64,000 nucleotides of DNA from Candidatus Doudnabacteria bacterium RIFCSPHIGHO2_02_FULL_42_25 (GTDB lineage Bacteria; Patescibacteriota; Doudnabacteria; UBA920; O2-02-FULL-48-8), in contig MFEQ01000004.1 of the NCBI GenBank assembly GCA_001777665.1, forward strand, positions 10-64,009, read 5' to 3'. The notes beneath the pieces were generated by a model. It ran no database searches and was not told the DNA's origin. It worked only from the letters and a program-made list of their open reading frames with translations. A program made the translations under genes and the position numbers. Of this stretch, positions 25,929-36,082 are shown in pieces; within the stretch, counting starts at the first letter, position 1; every line of letters starts with the position of its first letter.

Positions 25929-27488
25929 TTATTGCTTAAGCACTGTTTCGATATTTATTTTCCCGTTGAATCTTGGGGCTTTGTGGACGAACCACTCGGG
26001 CCAGAACTTTACTTCTACATCATCGACTTCTGGCTTGCTTAGCAAAATTTCTTTTATTTCTAATTCATTTTTTCCAGTCAGAAGCTTTGAGAGATTATCA
26101 GTATCCATTTTGTACGCAGCGACGGTTTCGAAATGCACTGACAAAACACCTTTGGTCTGGGCTGGATCTATTGTCTTATAGACGGCTTCATACTTCGACT
26201 CTGCAGACTCAAGGAGGTATTTATCATCTGATAAGACTTCATTGATTTTTGCCAAAACAACTTCGCTGACATCATCTTCACGGAATGCCAGTCCACTGAC
26301 CCGTGCGATTATCGTCATATCGAAACTAGTAACTTCAGCACCAATATTTTTATTCGCCGTTTTTGCCAATACTTCTTTTTTGGAGCCCGAATCCAGTAAC
26401 TTCATTTCAACAGAGTTGGTTTGAGATATTTCAGCAGCAGCCACAGATACAATTTCAACTAGCATGGCATCTGTCGCTTTATCGATGTCTTCCTGGGTCA
26501 GGATTTTTGTAACTGCGCCCGTTGTTCCTCCAGTCAATGCCTGGGGATTAGTAGCATATACATCAGCATTACCCAGGGCCGCATTGGAAATTTGAAATCG
26601 CGTATTCGCGGCGAGATTCGAATCCGCTCCCCCATCTTGGGCAATAATTTGGATTCCGGTTGTAGAAGCGCCGTTACCCCGAATTCCACCGACATCACTC
26701 ACGAAATTAAACTTTTTGCCATTCGCAATCAAAGTCGTAGTAGCTGCTTTAAGTGTTAAAGTATTCGGAGTGTTATTAACTATTGTTACTGTTCCTGTGG
26801 CTTTTGTACCTGACGACTTAGTCCCTGTTGTATCAAATGTTTTAGTTAATGAAACTTCTTTCGAAACTACTACACCAGGAATAGAAAGTGCCGACGCATT
26901 CACTGCTTTATTTTCTTTATCAACACTGACTTCGAAATCTCTCGATATAGCTTCTGATCTCGCCGTAACTTTCACATTGGCTTTTGGTAACAGCACTAGT
27001 GCCCCAAACACTGCCACTATCACCACCACTAAAATTAAAATAAAAAATTTGGAAAACTTGGAAGACTTCTTGGCAATTTCAAATTCGAGCCTGGAACCGC
27101 TGGGTTCATACGACTGATGTACGACATGATGTTGTGGTTCTTCATGGACTTTTTTCGACATCGTGATATCGCCAAATTGGGTCCCAGGTTTTGGACTAGC
27201 ATTAGTCCGACGAGTGGGCCTCACGGCTTTTACTGAAGTCACCTCACCGGGTAACATCCCAACTTTCTTTACGAGCTGCATCCCCGCTTCGTCAGAAGTT
27301 TGAATTTTTACTTCTTTACCATAAATCTCACCAGTCTTCTTTAGTAGCCTCAAATGGTTCTGATTCCGTAAGATAGCCGACCCAGATTCTAACTCAAAAA
27401 CCACCCCATCATCCTTTAGGGATTTGATCTGCTTTACTGCTTCAACCAGATCGTTTTTCTTATTTAATTTAAGGATTTTGAGGGACAT
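25929..27488 (-). CDS. Single-TM protein with baseplate-J-like extracellular domain (CPR-type conserved hypothetical)
   Basis: One TM helix followed by LPKANVKV, KATGTVTIVN, GGADSNL, TQEDIDKA. Confidence 0.6.
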   Translation of the reverse strand: MSLKILKLNKKNDLVEAVKQIKSLKDDGVVFELESGSAILRNQNHLRLLKKTGEIYGKEVKIQTSDEAGMQLVKKVGMLPGEVTSVKAVRPTRRTNASPKPGTQFGDITMSKKVHEEPQHHVVHQSYEPSGSRLEFEIAKKSSKFSKFFILILVVVIVAVFGALVLLPKANVKVTARSEAISRDFEVSVDKENKAVNASALSIPGVVVSKEVSLTKTFDTTGTKSSGTKATGTVTIVNNTPNTLTLKAATTTLIANGKKFNFVSDVGGIRGNGASTTGIQIIAQDGGADSNLAANTRFQISNAALGNADVYATNPQALTGGTTGAVTKILTQEDIDKATDAMLVEIVSVAAAEISQTNSVEMKLLDSGSKKEVLAKTANKNIGAEVTSFDMTIIARVSGLAFREDDVSEVVLAKINEVLSDDKYLLESAESKYEAVYKTIDPAQTKGVLSVHFETVAAYKMDTDNLSKLLTGKNELEIKEILLSKPEVDDVEVKFWPEWFVHKAPRFNGKINIETVLKQ

Positions 27489-27506
27489 GTAAGGTATTCT
27501 AACACA

Positions 27507-28310
27507 TCAGGAAGAAAGTGAAGAAAACTGCACTGCGTACTTAATCGGATTGTTGAGAAACTCGAGAAGTTTAGGATTTCGGATAGCTGCAGTATACATT
27601 GGTTCCTGGGCATCAAATCCGAAATCGGTTCGGACTTTGTCATTCATGGTTAACTTGCGCATTAAAGGTTGGTTTTCATAATTTTCATTTTTTACAAAAG
27701 TTGGTTGACCATCTTTGCCCCTAATTACATAAATTGCCATACCCTCCTTCTCTTTTATCGGTTCATAGAGTGGTTTGTAATCGGTCGATATCCAATTTGC
27801 AGTAACTAAAACCTCCGCTCCGATGTTGACGATAATATGACCATAATTAGGTGGGTAAATAACTTTATCACCGGCTCCAGCCTCGAATGCTAAAATTGTA
27901 ATAACATTCTTCATCTCTGGATCCATTTTTTGGAGCAAAAATAATGCTTTTCCGTTTAAGACTTCGTAAATTTCTGGATGAGCAACTGTGGATCCTTCAA
28001 TATTCTGATGATAATGCCCAAGTGTTTTGTTATACTCGTCTCCAAGCATTATTGGTGGAATAATAGTAACGTCATACTGAATATGGTTAACCGCAGTAAG
28101 GGTTTTATCTGATTCGAGAGATATTCCGCGGTACACATGATACAGCTCTTCTTGTTCTGGTTTGGCTTTGCGGTCAAACAGGACAGGCTCCATTTCGGAT
28201 AATTTGCGGACGAATTTTTGACCACTTTCCACTACACCCGGCTTTAAATTGAGCTGAAAGTCATCTGTGACTTCCATGGGAAGACCGGAAACTTTAGTTA
28301 AATCGATCAT
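27507..28310 (-). CDS. Cupin-type (archaeal-like) glucose-6-phosphate isomerase
   Basis: YDVTIIPP, EYNKTLGHYH, PEIYEVLNG, PPNYGHIIVN. Confidence 0.85.
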   Translation of the reverse strand: MIDLTKVSGLPMEVTDDFQLNLKPGVVESGQKFVRKLSEMEPVLFDRKAKPEQEELYHVYRGISLESDKTLTAVNHIQYDVTIIPPIMLGDEYNKTLGHYHQNIEGSTVAHPEIYEVLNGKALFLLQKMDPEMKNVITILAFEAGAGDKVIYPPNYGHIIVNIGAEVLVTANWISTDYKPLYEPIKEKEGMAIYVIRGKDGQPTFVKNENYENQPLMRKLTMNDKVRTDFGFDAQEPMYTAAIRNPKLLEFLNNPIKYAVQFSSLSS

Positions 28311-28317
28311 ATGGATG

Positions 28318-29991
28318 TTAATTAATTATCGCTTTGATTCGGCGGACGCCAGCAGAAACGGCTTCTTCTTTCTGAATTTTTACCTCGCCTATCGCTCCTG
28401 TGTGTTCGACGTGGGGACCTCCACAAAACTCTCGAGAAACGACCGCATTCGACTGAGGGTCATATATAGTATATACCGAAACAGTCTCTGGGTACTTCTC
28501 ACCGAAAACCCCGATGGCTCCCAGATTTTGCGCCTGGTCAAAGGACATTTCTTCCCGTTTTACCCTTAAATCCCTTTTTACCCACTCATTAACAAGTTTT
28601 TCTACTTCGGATTTCTCTTCATCCGTCATCTTCTGTTTATGTGTGAAATCAAATCTAGTTCGCTCTTCAGTGATATTACTCCCTTTTTGCCAAACTTCTG
28701 ACCCGAGCACCTTTCTCAAAGCTGCGTTAAGTAGATGCGTGGCAGTGTGCAGTCTGACAACTTTTTCGGAATGATCGGCGAGACCGCCCTTGAACTGACC
28801 CGCAGACGCAGTCCTGGATAATTCTTGGTGCTTTTTAAATTCTTCTTCGAATTTTTCTCTTTTTAAACTTTGGGCTTTAGGACCAGCGACCTCTTTGATG
28901 ACTTCAAACGGCAAACCGAAACTTTCATAAAGTCTAAAAGCAGTTGCAGCATTTAAGTCCTCTGTTTTTTCTAGCTCTTTCAGTCCTAACTGCAGAGTTT
29001 TATAAAACTTGTCAGATTCATTGCGCCAAACTTGAATTATTGCCTTTTCTTCTAAGTTATAAATGCCCTTAAACTTTAGAACGAATTCGTCAATAATCAA
29101 ATACGGGGAAATATCAATATTTTTTTTATTATACAGTTCCTCCAGCGTAATTACTCGACGCATAAGTCTACGCAACACATAACCCTGTTCTTTATTAGAT
29201 GGAATCACGCCATCATCAATCAAAAAAGTGGCGGCACGGATATGGTCAAGAATAATCCGCTTATCTCTAGTTGAGATTTCAGGATTTAATTTTCCGATTG
29301 GACCATCAAACAAATCCGTCTCGTATACATTTTTTATTTTTTGAACAACAGTAAGCAGTCTTTCCAATCCCATTCCCGTATCAATGCCAACAAATTTTAG
29401 TGGTTGAAATTTTTTATTTTTAGTTTGAAAATATTGATTGAAAACAATATTCCAAATTTCTAAACCATTTACATAAATCTCGGTAGTCGGACCACAAGGC
29501 CCTTCGTCACCAGTGGGTCCCCAAAAATTATCTTGGCGACCTGATAGTTTGACTATAATATTTGAATCTATAGCTTTCCAAATTGATTCTGACTCGGTAT
29601 CAGCAGGAATCCCCTCTTCCCCTTTAAAGACAGAAACGTAATCGATGGTTAAATTTAATCCCTTAGTGATGAATTCGTGGGCATATTCGATCGCTTCTTT
29701 CTTACCATAACCACCGAATGAAAAATTTCCCAACATTTCGAAAAATGTTAGATGGGTGTCGTCTCCCACTTCGTCTATATCAGAAGTGCGGATACATTTC
29801 TGTACTGAAGTTACACTTTTTGCAGGTGCACTATCAGGATTTAAATAATATGGTTTAAACTGCTGCATGCCAGCAGTAGTAAACAGAACAGAGGGGTCAT
29901 TGACGGGAATTAGAGAAGCCGAGGGCACGATTTTATGCCCTTTGCTTTCAAAGAATTTGAGAAATTTATCCCTTATCTCGCTTGAATTCAT
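28318..29991 (-). CDS. alaS: Alanine--tRNA ligase (short form without C-Ala domain)
   Basis: LFTTAGMQQFK, HLTFFEMLGNFSFG, DTGMGLER, HTATHLL, EFCGGPHV, GVRRIKA. Confidence 0.97.
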   Translation of the reverse strand: MNSSEIRDKFLKFFESKGHKIVPSASLIPVNDPSVLFTTAGMQQFKPYYLNPDSAPAKSVTSVQKCIRTSDIDEVGDDTHLTFFEMLGNFSFGGYGKKEAIEYAHEFITKGLNLTIDYVSVFKGEEGIPADTESESIWKAIDSNIIVKLSGRQDNFWGPTGDEGPCGPTTEIYVNGLEIWNIVFNQYFQTKNKKFQPLKFVGIDTGMGLERLLTVVQKIKNVYETDLFDGPIGKLNPEISTRDKRIILDHIRAATFLIDDGVIPSNKEQGYVLRRLMRRVITLEELYNKKNIDISPYLIIDEFVLKFKGIYNLEEKAIIQVWRNESDKFYKTLQLGLKELEKTEDLNAATAFRLYESFGLPFEVIKEVAGPKAQSLKREKFEEEFKKHQELSRTASAGQFKGGLADHSEKVVRLHTATHLLNAALRKVLGSEVWQKGSNITEERTRFDFTHKQKMTDEEKSEVEKLVNEWVKRDLRVKREEMSFDQAQNLGAIGVFGEKYPETVSVYTIYDPQSNAVVSREFCGGPHVEHTGAIGEVKIQKEEAVSAGVRRIKAIIN

Positions 29992-31220
29992 TACTTTAGA
30001 AGTTCTAAGGCCTTGTCCATTTGTGGATCTTTGTCATTTTTGGCGTCATCAGCTGTCATTTCGACTATCACATCTGGTTCCAGCCCGAGCTTATCAATTC
30101 CTCGACCATTCGGAGTAAACCATTTGGCCACAGTAATTTTGATTTGAGATTCACCACGCAACTCTTGTAGTTCCTGGACTGATCCTTTACCGAAAGTTTT
30201 CTCGCCAACAATAGTGGCTGCACCATAATCCTGTAAGGCGCCAGCGACAATTTCTGAAGCTGAGGCCGAGCCGCCATTGACCAATACTATGGTTTTTATC
30301 CCTTTCAACCTTGGTACTCCTTTTGTTCTAAACAGCCTTTCGTCATCACCATATCCCATTTCCTTTACCGCGACTTTATCTGCATCCACCCAGTTAGAAA
30401 TAGTCGTGACAGCTGTGTCTAGATAACCCCCAGGATTATTCCGGAGATCCAGAACCATTCCGTCATACCCACCTGTTACTATCTTATCGATTGTTTGATC
30501 CAGCAATCCTTTCGTACCATCACCAAATTGATTCATTTTGACTACGGCAATTTTTTTACCATTCACGGTCTTGTCTTCCAACTTCACACTTTTAATTTCG
30601 ATCTTCGCTCTAGTGATTGTAATTTCCACGGGTTCACTTGTTTCTTTGTGAACGACTGTCAATGTCACTTGGGTGCCTGCCTTGCCACGAATTTTGCTCA
30701 CTGCAACATCTGTGGTCATACCGATGGTGCTTTCGCCATCGATTTCCAGAATCGTATCACCTGCTAGGATACCAGCGCGTTCGGCTGGAGTATCTTCCAG
30801 CGGGGCCACAACGACGATCTGTTCATTTTTCTTTCCGATTTCAGCCCCAATGCCATCGAATGACCCACGAAGCTGTTCACGAAACTTTTTGGCATCATCT
30901 GGACGAAGAAAAGCTGTATATGGATCGCCAGCAGCTCCGACCAATCCTGAAACCGCGCCATACATTAATTCGACCTGGTCCAATGGACGATCGACGTATT
31001 CATTATTTAATCGATCAAGCGCTTCCCAAAGTAATGAATAATCTGCAGAAGTTGCGGGCGCATTCCCTTTATTTATTTCAATCTTACCGTTTGTAACTGT
31101 AAGACCTGATTTACCTGAAAGAAATCCCAAAGAAAAAACTCCGACAACCAATAGCAGGATAAGAAAATATTTTGGGATCGGACTTTTCTTTGCTTCTGAC
31201 GTCAATTCTTGATTAAGCAT
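29991..31220 (-). CDS. S41 carboxyl-terminal processing peptidase with PDZ domain
   Basis: DPYT, GIGAEI, DLRNNPGG, SASASEI, TFGKGSVQ. Confidence 0.95.
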   Translation of the reverse strand: MLNQELTSEAKKSPIPKYFLILLLVVGVFSLGFLSGKSGLTVTNGKIEINKGNAPATSADYSLLWEALDRLNNEYVDRPLDQVELMYGAVSGLVGAAGDPYTAFLRPDDAKKFREQLRGSFDGIGAEIGKKNEQIVVVAPLEDTPAERAGILAGDTILEIDGESTIGMTTDVAVSKIRGKAGTQVTLTVVHKETSEPVEITITRAKIEIKSVKLEDKTVNGKKIAVVKMNQFGDGTKGLLDQTIDKIVTGGYDGMVLDLRNNPGGYLDTAVTTISNWVDADKVAVKEMGYGDDERLFRTKGVPRLKGIKTIVLVNGGSASASEIVAGALQDYGAATIVGEKTFGKGSVQELQELRGESQIKITVAKWFTPNGRGIDKLGLEPDVIVEMTADDAKNDKDPQMDKALELLK

Positions 31221-31275
31221 GAATTAACTTTACCATAATCAGGAAAGGTCGTAAAATGATAAGCCCTGATAGGTG

Positions 31276-31304
31276 TTGACAAGCATTTATTGCAGCTTTA
31301 TAAT
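31276..31304 (+). promoter_or_regulatory. Perfect consensus sigma70 promoter
   Basis: TTGACA-17 bp-TATAAT. Confidence 0.85.
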
Positions 31305-31310
31305 TTAGGC

Positions 31311-31797
31311 AAGAGCCGATGTTTGGCTCAAACACTCAAGAAACAAAGCACAATCTCAAGTTAGAGAGGAGGATTTACGGCCATAAACCGCAGACCTCGC
31401 TTTCGACGTCTCGCACGTAGGCGACCGTTTTTCCTGTTGATCTCTCCACCGACGCCACCCTACGGCGTCACGCTCCTCACCGCGCGTTCGAACGGAGGCA
31501 CGATGAGTACATCGGCACGTGGATCGCCCACACACCTGCGCAGAAAAGCGCGAGCACCCTAGTCATCTGACGATCGCTCGCGATCTCTCTTCCGGCTCGA
31601 TGCTCGACAGCCCTTTCTTTGATGGGTGTAACGCCTAACAACCTGCCGTCTGCAGTGGAATGCCCCCAATAGTGATGACCAACCCGCGTCGCCTCGGCGT
31701 ACGCAATACGCACCTTGTGCGTTGGTCTACAAACCCGTCGAGGGGCTGGACTCTGTCCCGCCCCTCACCTCTCCTCGTTCTAACGAACGCTTTTTTT
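31311..31797 (+). ncRNA. Candidate ~490 nt structured GC-rich transcript (alternatively a decayed orphan gene)
   Basis: Bounded by a perfect promoter and a hairpin plus T7; many hairpins; 5'-3' long-range pairing; no long ATG ORF on the + strand. Confidence 0.45.
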
Positions 31798-31815
31798 ATG
31801 CCTATTATTTATCGT

Positions 31816-31886
31816 ACTTCTCGACTCCACTAATCGCTCTGCTCGAAGACTATTATTCTTCGACCAAGTGAATCGCGTGGAGAAGT
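31816..31886. repeat. REP-like double hairpin
   Basis: ACTTCTC ... GAGAAGT closing; internal TCGAAGA/TCTTCGA and TCCAC/GTGGA. Confidence 0.5.
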
Positions 31887-31890
31887 CCTC

Positions 31891-32757
31891 TCAATGCACT
31901 GTCTTTTTTTTACGAAAAATATTTACAAGCAAAACCAAATACATTCGCAAATTGATGCCGAGATATACAAATACGTTGAATAGCGAATTGTACTTCGGAG
32001 CATAATGTTTTCTATAAAAAATCTTCATAGCTTGGTGGGCCATTTTGATGGTACGAAATGGAATCAGCTGTGACGATCCATACTTGTAGTGGACAATCTC
32101 TGCTTTTGGATAATACATAACTTTATAGCCAGCAGCTTTGGTTTGCCAGCACCAATCCAAATCCTCGCCGTACATAAAGTACTCTTCATCAAGTAATCCG
32201 ATCTTATCGACAACGGTTTTTCGAATCATCAAATACGCGCCCATCACGGCATCAACTTCGACTTCCTGATCAATCGGGGTATCGATGTTGTAGTCACTCA
32301 ATTTGGCCAACCCGAATAATCTCAAGAAAGAATTCCACGGATTAGGAAATTTTCTTCGACAGGCTTTATCCAAAGTTCCATCTGGCAACAATACCTTCGC
32401 ACCCATAATTCCAACATCTATATGATCATCCATGTACTTGATCGAGAGATCAATCGCATCTGGTCTTACTGCTGTATCAGAATTCAATAGCAATATGTAC
32501 TTCCCTATTGCTTGTTTAATCGCGACATTATTGCCTTGAGAAAAACCTAAATTCGCATTGTTTTGAATTAGTTTGACTTGGGAAAAATTCGTCTCGACCA
32601 TGGTAATGCTGCCATCAGTCGAACCATTATCCGAGACTATAACTTCCATCTGCCAACTGCCAACTGAATTTAAAACCGACCCCAAACATTTTCGGAGCAG
32701 TTCTTTCGTATTGTAATTAACTATTATAATTGATAAATCCATATTATTGATTTGCAA
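31891..32757 (-). CDS. Glycosyltransferase family 2 (rhamnosyltransferase-like)
   Basis: SIIIVNYN, DNGSTDGS, NLGFSQGNN, LLNSD, FMYGEDLDWC. Confidence 0.92.
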   Translation of the reverse strand: MQINNMDLSIIIVNYNTKELLRKCLGSVLNSVGSWQMEVIVSDNGSTDGSITMVETNFSQVKLIQNNANLGFSQGNNVAIKQAIGKYILLLNSDTAVRPDAIDLSIKYMDDHIDVGIMGAKVLLPDGTLDKACRRKFPNPWNSFLRLFGLAKLSDYNIDTPIDQEVEVDAVMGAYLMIRKTVVDKIGLLDEEYFMYGEDLDWCWQTKAAGYKVMYYPKAEIVHYKYGSSQLIPFRTIKMAHQAMKIFYRKHYAPKYNSLFNVFVYLGINLRMYLVLLVNIFRKKKTVH

Positions 32758-33694
32758 ACTTTCTTTTTTTCCAGATACTAGGCAACTGGCGAAATAGTTC
32801 TGGAATAACTTTTAAAGTACTTGTTTCAAATATTATAATATAACCCAACATCGCAAGTTCACGCAAAATAAAAGCCGGGTGCCAGACATGCTTCGCGTTT
32901 TTGATATACATCAAAATATGATTTTTGTAATTCCATCGTAAAATTTGTGGAGATAATTTTTTATGATGTTTGATAAAACCAAGAAGGTTTTTGTATCCGC
33001 CTTTGCTCTGGCCCGCCGATCGACCGTGATAAGCAATCGCCGTCGGTATATATTTAGAAATAAAACCCGCATTTTGTAATCTCCAAGACAAATCCGCATC
33101 ATCCCAGTACATCACGAAATCTTCATCCAAATATTCATCTTGGTATTTTACTTTATCTAAGGCTGATTTTCGGTGCATGGGGCCAGCACCTGAAACTCCA
33201 AATATTTCTCGTGAGGCTTCAGACTGACCTCGGTCAATTTCCAGTTGAGCGATATCCCTCACTCTTCCCGACCTATCTAAAACCAGTCCTAAAGTATCAA
33301 TAACTTTTGTTTTTGCGTGATTAGCAAAATCATATCTTAGGATTTTCCCAGTTGCAGAAGCGACTTTTGGATCACTGAATGCTTTTAAAATCTCTTCGAT
33401 ATAGTTCGGCTCCAGAATCAGGTCATCATTTACTAATTGAATAAACTCCCCAATCGAATTATTGATGCCCAAATTAACTCCTTTAGCAAAAAACAGATTC
33501 TGACCAGGTTCCAGAATTTTCACTTGCGGATAATTTGCTTGGATTATTTCTCTCGAACCATCGTTCGAATCATTTAGCACAGCGATCACTTCCAAATCTT
33601 TGTGCGTTTGCGCAAAAATCGCATCAAATACAGGCTTGATGATCTGCGTTCTTCGAAATGGCAATATTATCACACTAACTTTCATTTGCACCAC
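32744..33694 (-). CDS. Glycosyltransferase family 2
   Basis: NLFFAKGVN, LVNDD, DEDFVMYWDDADLSWR. Confidence 0.9.
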   Translation of the reverse strand: MVQMKVSVIILPFRRTQIIKPVFDAIFAQTHKDLEVIAVLNDSNDGSREIIQANYPQVKILEPGQNLFFAKGVNLGINNSIGEFIQLVNDDLILEPNYIEEILKAFSDPKVASATGKILRYDFANHAKTKVIDTLGLVLDRSGRVRDIAQLEIDRGQSEASREIFGVSGAGPMHRKSALDKVKYQDEYLDEDFVMYWDDADLSWRLQNAGFISKYIPTAIAYHGRSAGQSKGGYKNLLGFIKHHKKLSPQILRWNYKNHILMYIKNAKHVWHPAFILRELAMLGYIIIFETSTLKVIPELFRQLPSIWKKRKFANQ

Positions 33695-34976
33695 CCCGGA
33701 CTGAGATCCTAGGGGTCCATACTAATATTAAATAAATCAAAAGTAATAACGCAAGGTCTAGATACATTTCAGCGCGGACTGTGAATGACAAATATACGGT
33801 CATAACTATAAAGAACATGGTGTAAGCATAAAGATTGGTACTCAAAAAATTGGGTCTGGTTTCCCAGTACTTCCAAGCCCAAGTTAAGATACCGGCGATG
33901 ATAAACGGGATGAAATAAAACGCAACTGTCCCGAAATCTTGAACAAAAGGAAATAAGTAAGTGCCTGTGTTCCACCAAGGATGAAAAATCGCGCCTAAAT
34001 CATAGTTGGATTTAAATTGATTGAGTGGTTTGATAACTTTTCCAAAAATATTTGTAAACGGATCTAAGAAAACCCTACCCTTCTGGACTTCATGATCTTG
34101 GTAATAATTTTCAGCGTGGAGCAATGCTTGCTGGTTGAACGAAACCCCGACATAAATCGGAACCAAGGCTTTTTGGACGACATTATAATTACTGGTATCT
34201 ATTCCGGTAATGCTGCCTAGATAGTCGGCGCCATAACTTTTATAATTCCGATAGAGTGGGACAGCAGCTAATACCAAAACCGAAACAAGTAAAAAAACTG
34301 GGTAAAATTTTAATGCCTGCTTGAGGTTTGGCTTCCGCATCAAAAGATAAAGTGCCATAATCCACAAATCGATAAAGAAAATTTGAGTTCTGGAAGCAAA
34401 CAATATCAAGAACCAAACCCCAATGACACAAATCCCAATCAAATCCCAATGTTTCTTCCAGGAAAACTTTTCTGCAAAAAATACAAAAAAAGATAATGGG
34501 ATAAAAATTCGAGCGAGTTGTGATAAATAATTAATCAGTCCTGGTACTGATTCATCAGCCGTAAATCGAAACGCATCGGGATCAGGGGCTAGAAGCGGAA
34601 AATTTCCTGCATTTTGGTAAAAAAGGTAAAGAGCTAAAAGTGAAATAGCGAAAAGAATATAAATTACCCAGCGTAGCTTACTCGAACCCATCCCAGCGGA
34701 AGCTGGGATCCTAGAAGTGGACCCCGGATCAAGTCCGGGGTGGTTAAAAACAAAAAATCCTAAACAAAAGCTTATGAGTGAAATAAGTAGCAATCCCCAA
34801 TATTTCCCTGACCATGGCAACTCTAAAGTTGATAAATTAAGCTGTGAAATAGCAATTGCTATAAACCACACTGAAAGCATTAACCACAACGGGCTTAATT
34901 TATATTTACCTCGCAAAAACAACCAAAACGATCCAGCAGATAAAAACGTAAATAAAATTATTAAAAATAGTTGCAT
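33675..34976 (-). CDS. O-antigen/oligosaccharide repeat unit polymerase (Wzy-like)
   Basis: About 10 TM helices, ASRT motif, NTGTYL..F.QDFG; lies in a glycan cluster with a flippase. Confidence 0.75.
   Translation of the reverse strand: MQLFLIILFTFLSAGSFWLFLRGKYKLSPLWLMLSVWFIAIAISQLNLSTLELPWSGKYWGLLLISLISFCLGFFVFNHPGLDPGSTSRIPASAGMGSSKLRWVIYILFAISLLALYLFYQNAGNFPLLAPDPDAFRFTADESVPGLINYLSQLARIFIPLSFFVFFAEKFSWKKHWDLIGICVIGVWFLILFASRTQIFFIDLWIMALYLLMRKPNLKQALKFYPVFLLVSVLVLAAVPLYRNYKSYGADYLGSITGIDTSNYNVVQKALVPIYVGVSFNQQALLHAENYYQDHEVQKGRVFLDPFTNIFGKVIKPLNQFKSNYDLGAIFHPWWNTGTYLFPFVQDFGTVAFYFIPFIIAGILTWAWKYWETRPNFLSTNLYAYTMFFIVMTVYLSFTVRAEMYLDLALLLLIYLILVWTPRISVRGGANES
34689..34746. repeat. Two REP-like palindromes inserted in frame in the wzy-like gene
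   Basis: ATCCCAGC-ggaa-GCTGGGAT and GACCCCGGATCAAGTCCGGGGT; encode HPGLDPGSTSRIPASAGMG. Confidence 0.8.
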
Positions 34977-36082
34977 TATTTCAAACTCTCTATCACTTCT
35001 AGCGTTTGTTTGGCGGCATTTTCCCAGGTAAACAGCTTGGCTCTCTCCAGTCCTTTGGCAATCATTTGTTTACGCAAATCTGAATCGATGATCACCTTCA
35101 ACAATCCGCCTGCAATTGAATTCACTGAAGTCGGATCCACGAGCACTCCTGCATCCCCCACCACTTCTGGTAATGATGAAATATTTGAAACTACAGTCGG
35201 AACTCCAGAAGCCATGGCTTCCAAAGGTGGAATCCCAAAACCTTCATAGGTGGCTGGTAGAGTCAATAATTTCGCCCCTGCGATTAGGTATGGCAAATCT
35301 TCTTTGGGTATGTAGTCCAAATATTTTACCGATCCATCTATACTAGCCGTTTTAACTACTTTTAAAATTGGTTCCCATAACCAACCACGGCCTCCGGCAA
35401 TAATTAGTTTTTCTTCAATTCGATTTTCTTTTCTTACTTTTTGGAATGCTTCTACAAGTTTGGGAATATTTTTGCGAGGCTGAATAGTGCCCAAAAACAA
35501 AATGTATTTTTGATAAACAAGATTGTATTTATCTAAAACAGGTTGACACTCTTCGTAACTCATCGGTTTGAAGCCTTCGGCAGAACCTAAAAGCGTAACC
35601 GTAATTTTCTTAGGATCGGTATTATAAACCCTGACCAAATCTTTTTTAGTAGCCTCTGAAACCGTGATCAATCTCGAAGCAAATCTCGACGCATACCTCG
35701 AACTAAATTTCTGAAAGTATTTCATATACCCTGTGTATATGCCATCGAACAGCTCATATGCGATGTCGTGAATAGTAACCACTGTTTTCCGAGGATGGAT
35801 CAATGGTAGTGTTGCGGCTAAAATAACCAAAACTTCCACAGGTTTTATCAGCATCTCCCATGAGATTCTGATTTGAGTCCAAAATTTCGGAAACGGAATA
35901 ACTTTAATCGAGAAATTTTTCGGTAGCTGATAGAACCAGTCCTGGGGTTTGGTTCTAAAATATAAAATATATTCGTTGGTATGATCGAGTTTGGCCAAAT
36001 TTCTGATTATTTCCGCGGCGTACCTCTCGGGTCCAGCTGGGTTTGGCATATTTGCTCGTTCGGCTTCAATCCCGATTTTCAT
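34976..36082 (-). CDS. Glycosyltransferase family 4
   Basis: TIHD, PRKN, EGFGIPPLEAMASG. Confidence 0.93.
   Translation of the reverse strand: MKIGIEAERANMPNPAGPERYAAEIIRNLAKLDHTNEYILYFRTKPQDWFYQLPKNFSIKVIPFPKFWTQIRISWEMLIKPVEVLVILAATLPLIHPRKTVVTIHDIAYELFDGIYTGYMKYFQKFSSRYASRFASRLITVSEATKKDLVRVYNTDPKKITVTLLGSAEGFKPMSYEECQPVLDKYNLVYQKYILFLGTIQPRKNIPKLVEAFQKVRKENRIEEKLIIAGGRGWLWEPILKVVKTASIDGSVKYLDYIPKEDLPYLIAGAKLLTLPATYEGFGIPPLEAMASGVPTVVSNISSLPEVVGDAGVLVDPTSVNSIAGGLLKVIIDSDLRKQMIAKGLERAKLFTWENAAKQTLEVIESLK

Noticed and set aside
25929-27488. Prophage or contractile injection system suggested by a baseplate-J-like domain
   Set aside because: A single membrane-anchored gene among housekeeping genes, with no other phage structural genes.
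28318-29991. Truncated alaS as a pseudogene or novelty
   Set aside because: The frame is intact with aminoacylation and editing motifs; short AlaRS lacking C-Ala is, to my knowledge, common in reduced genomes.
31311-31797. tmRNA, or the 78 aa minus-strand ORF 31477-31713
   Set aside because: No tRNA-like acceptor/T-arm ends on either strand; promoter and terminator point to the + strand and the ORF has no recognisable features.
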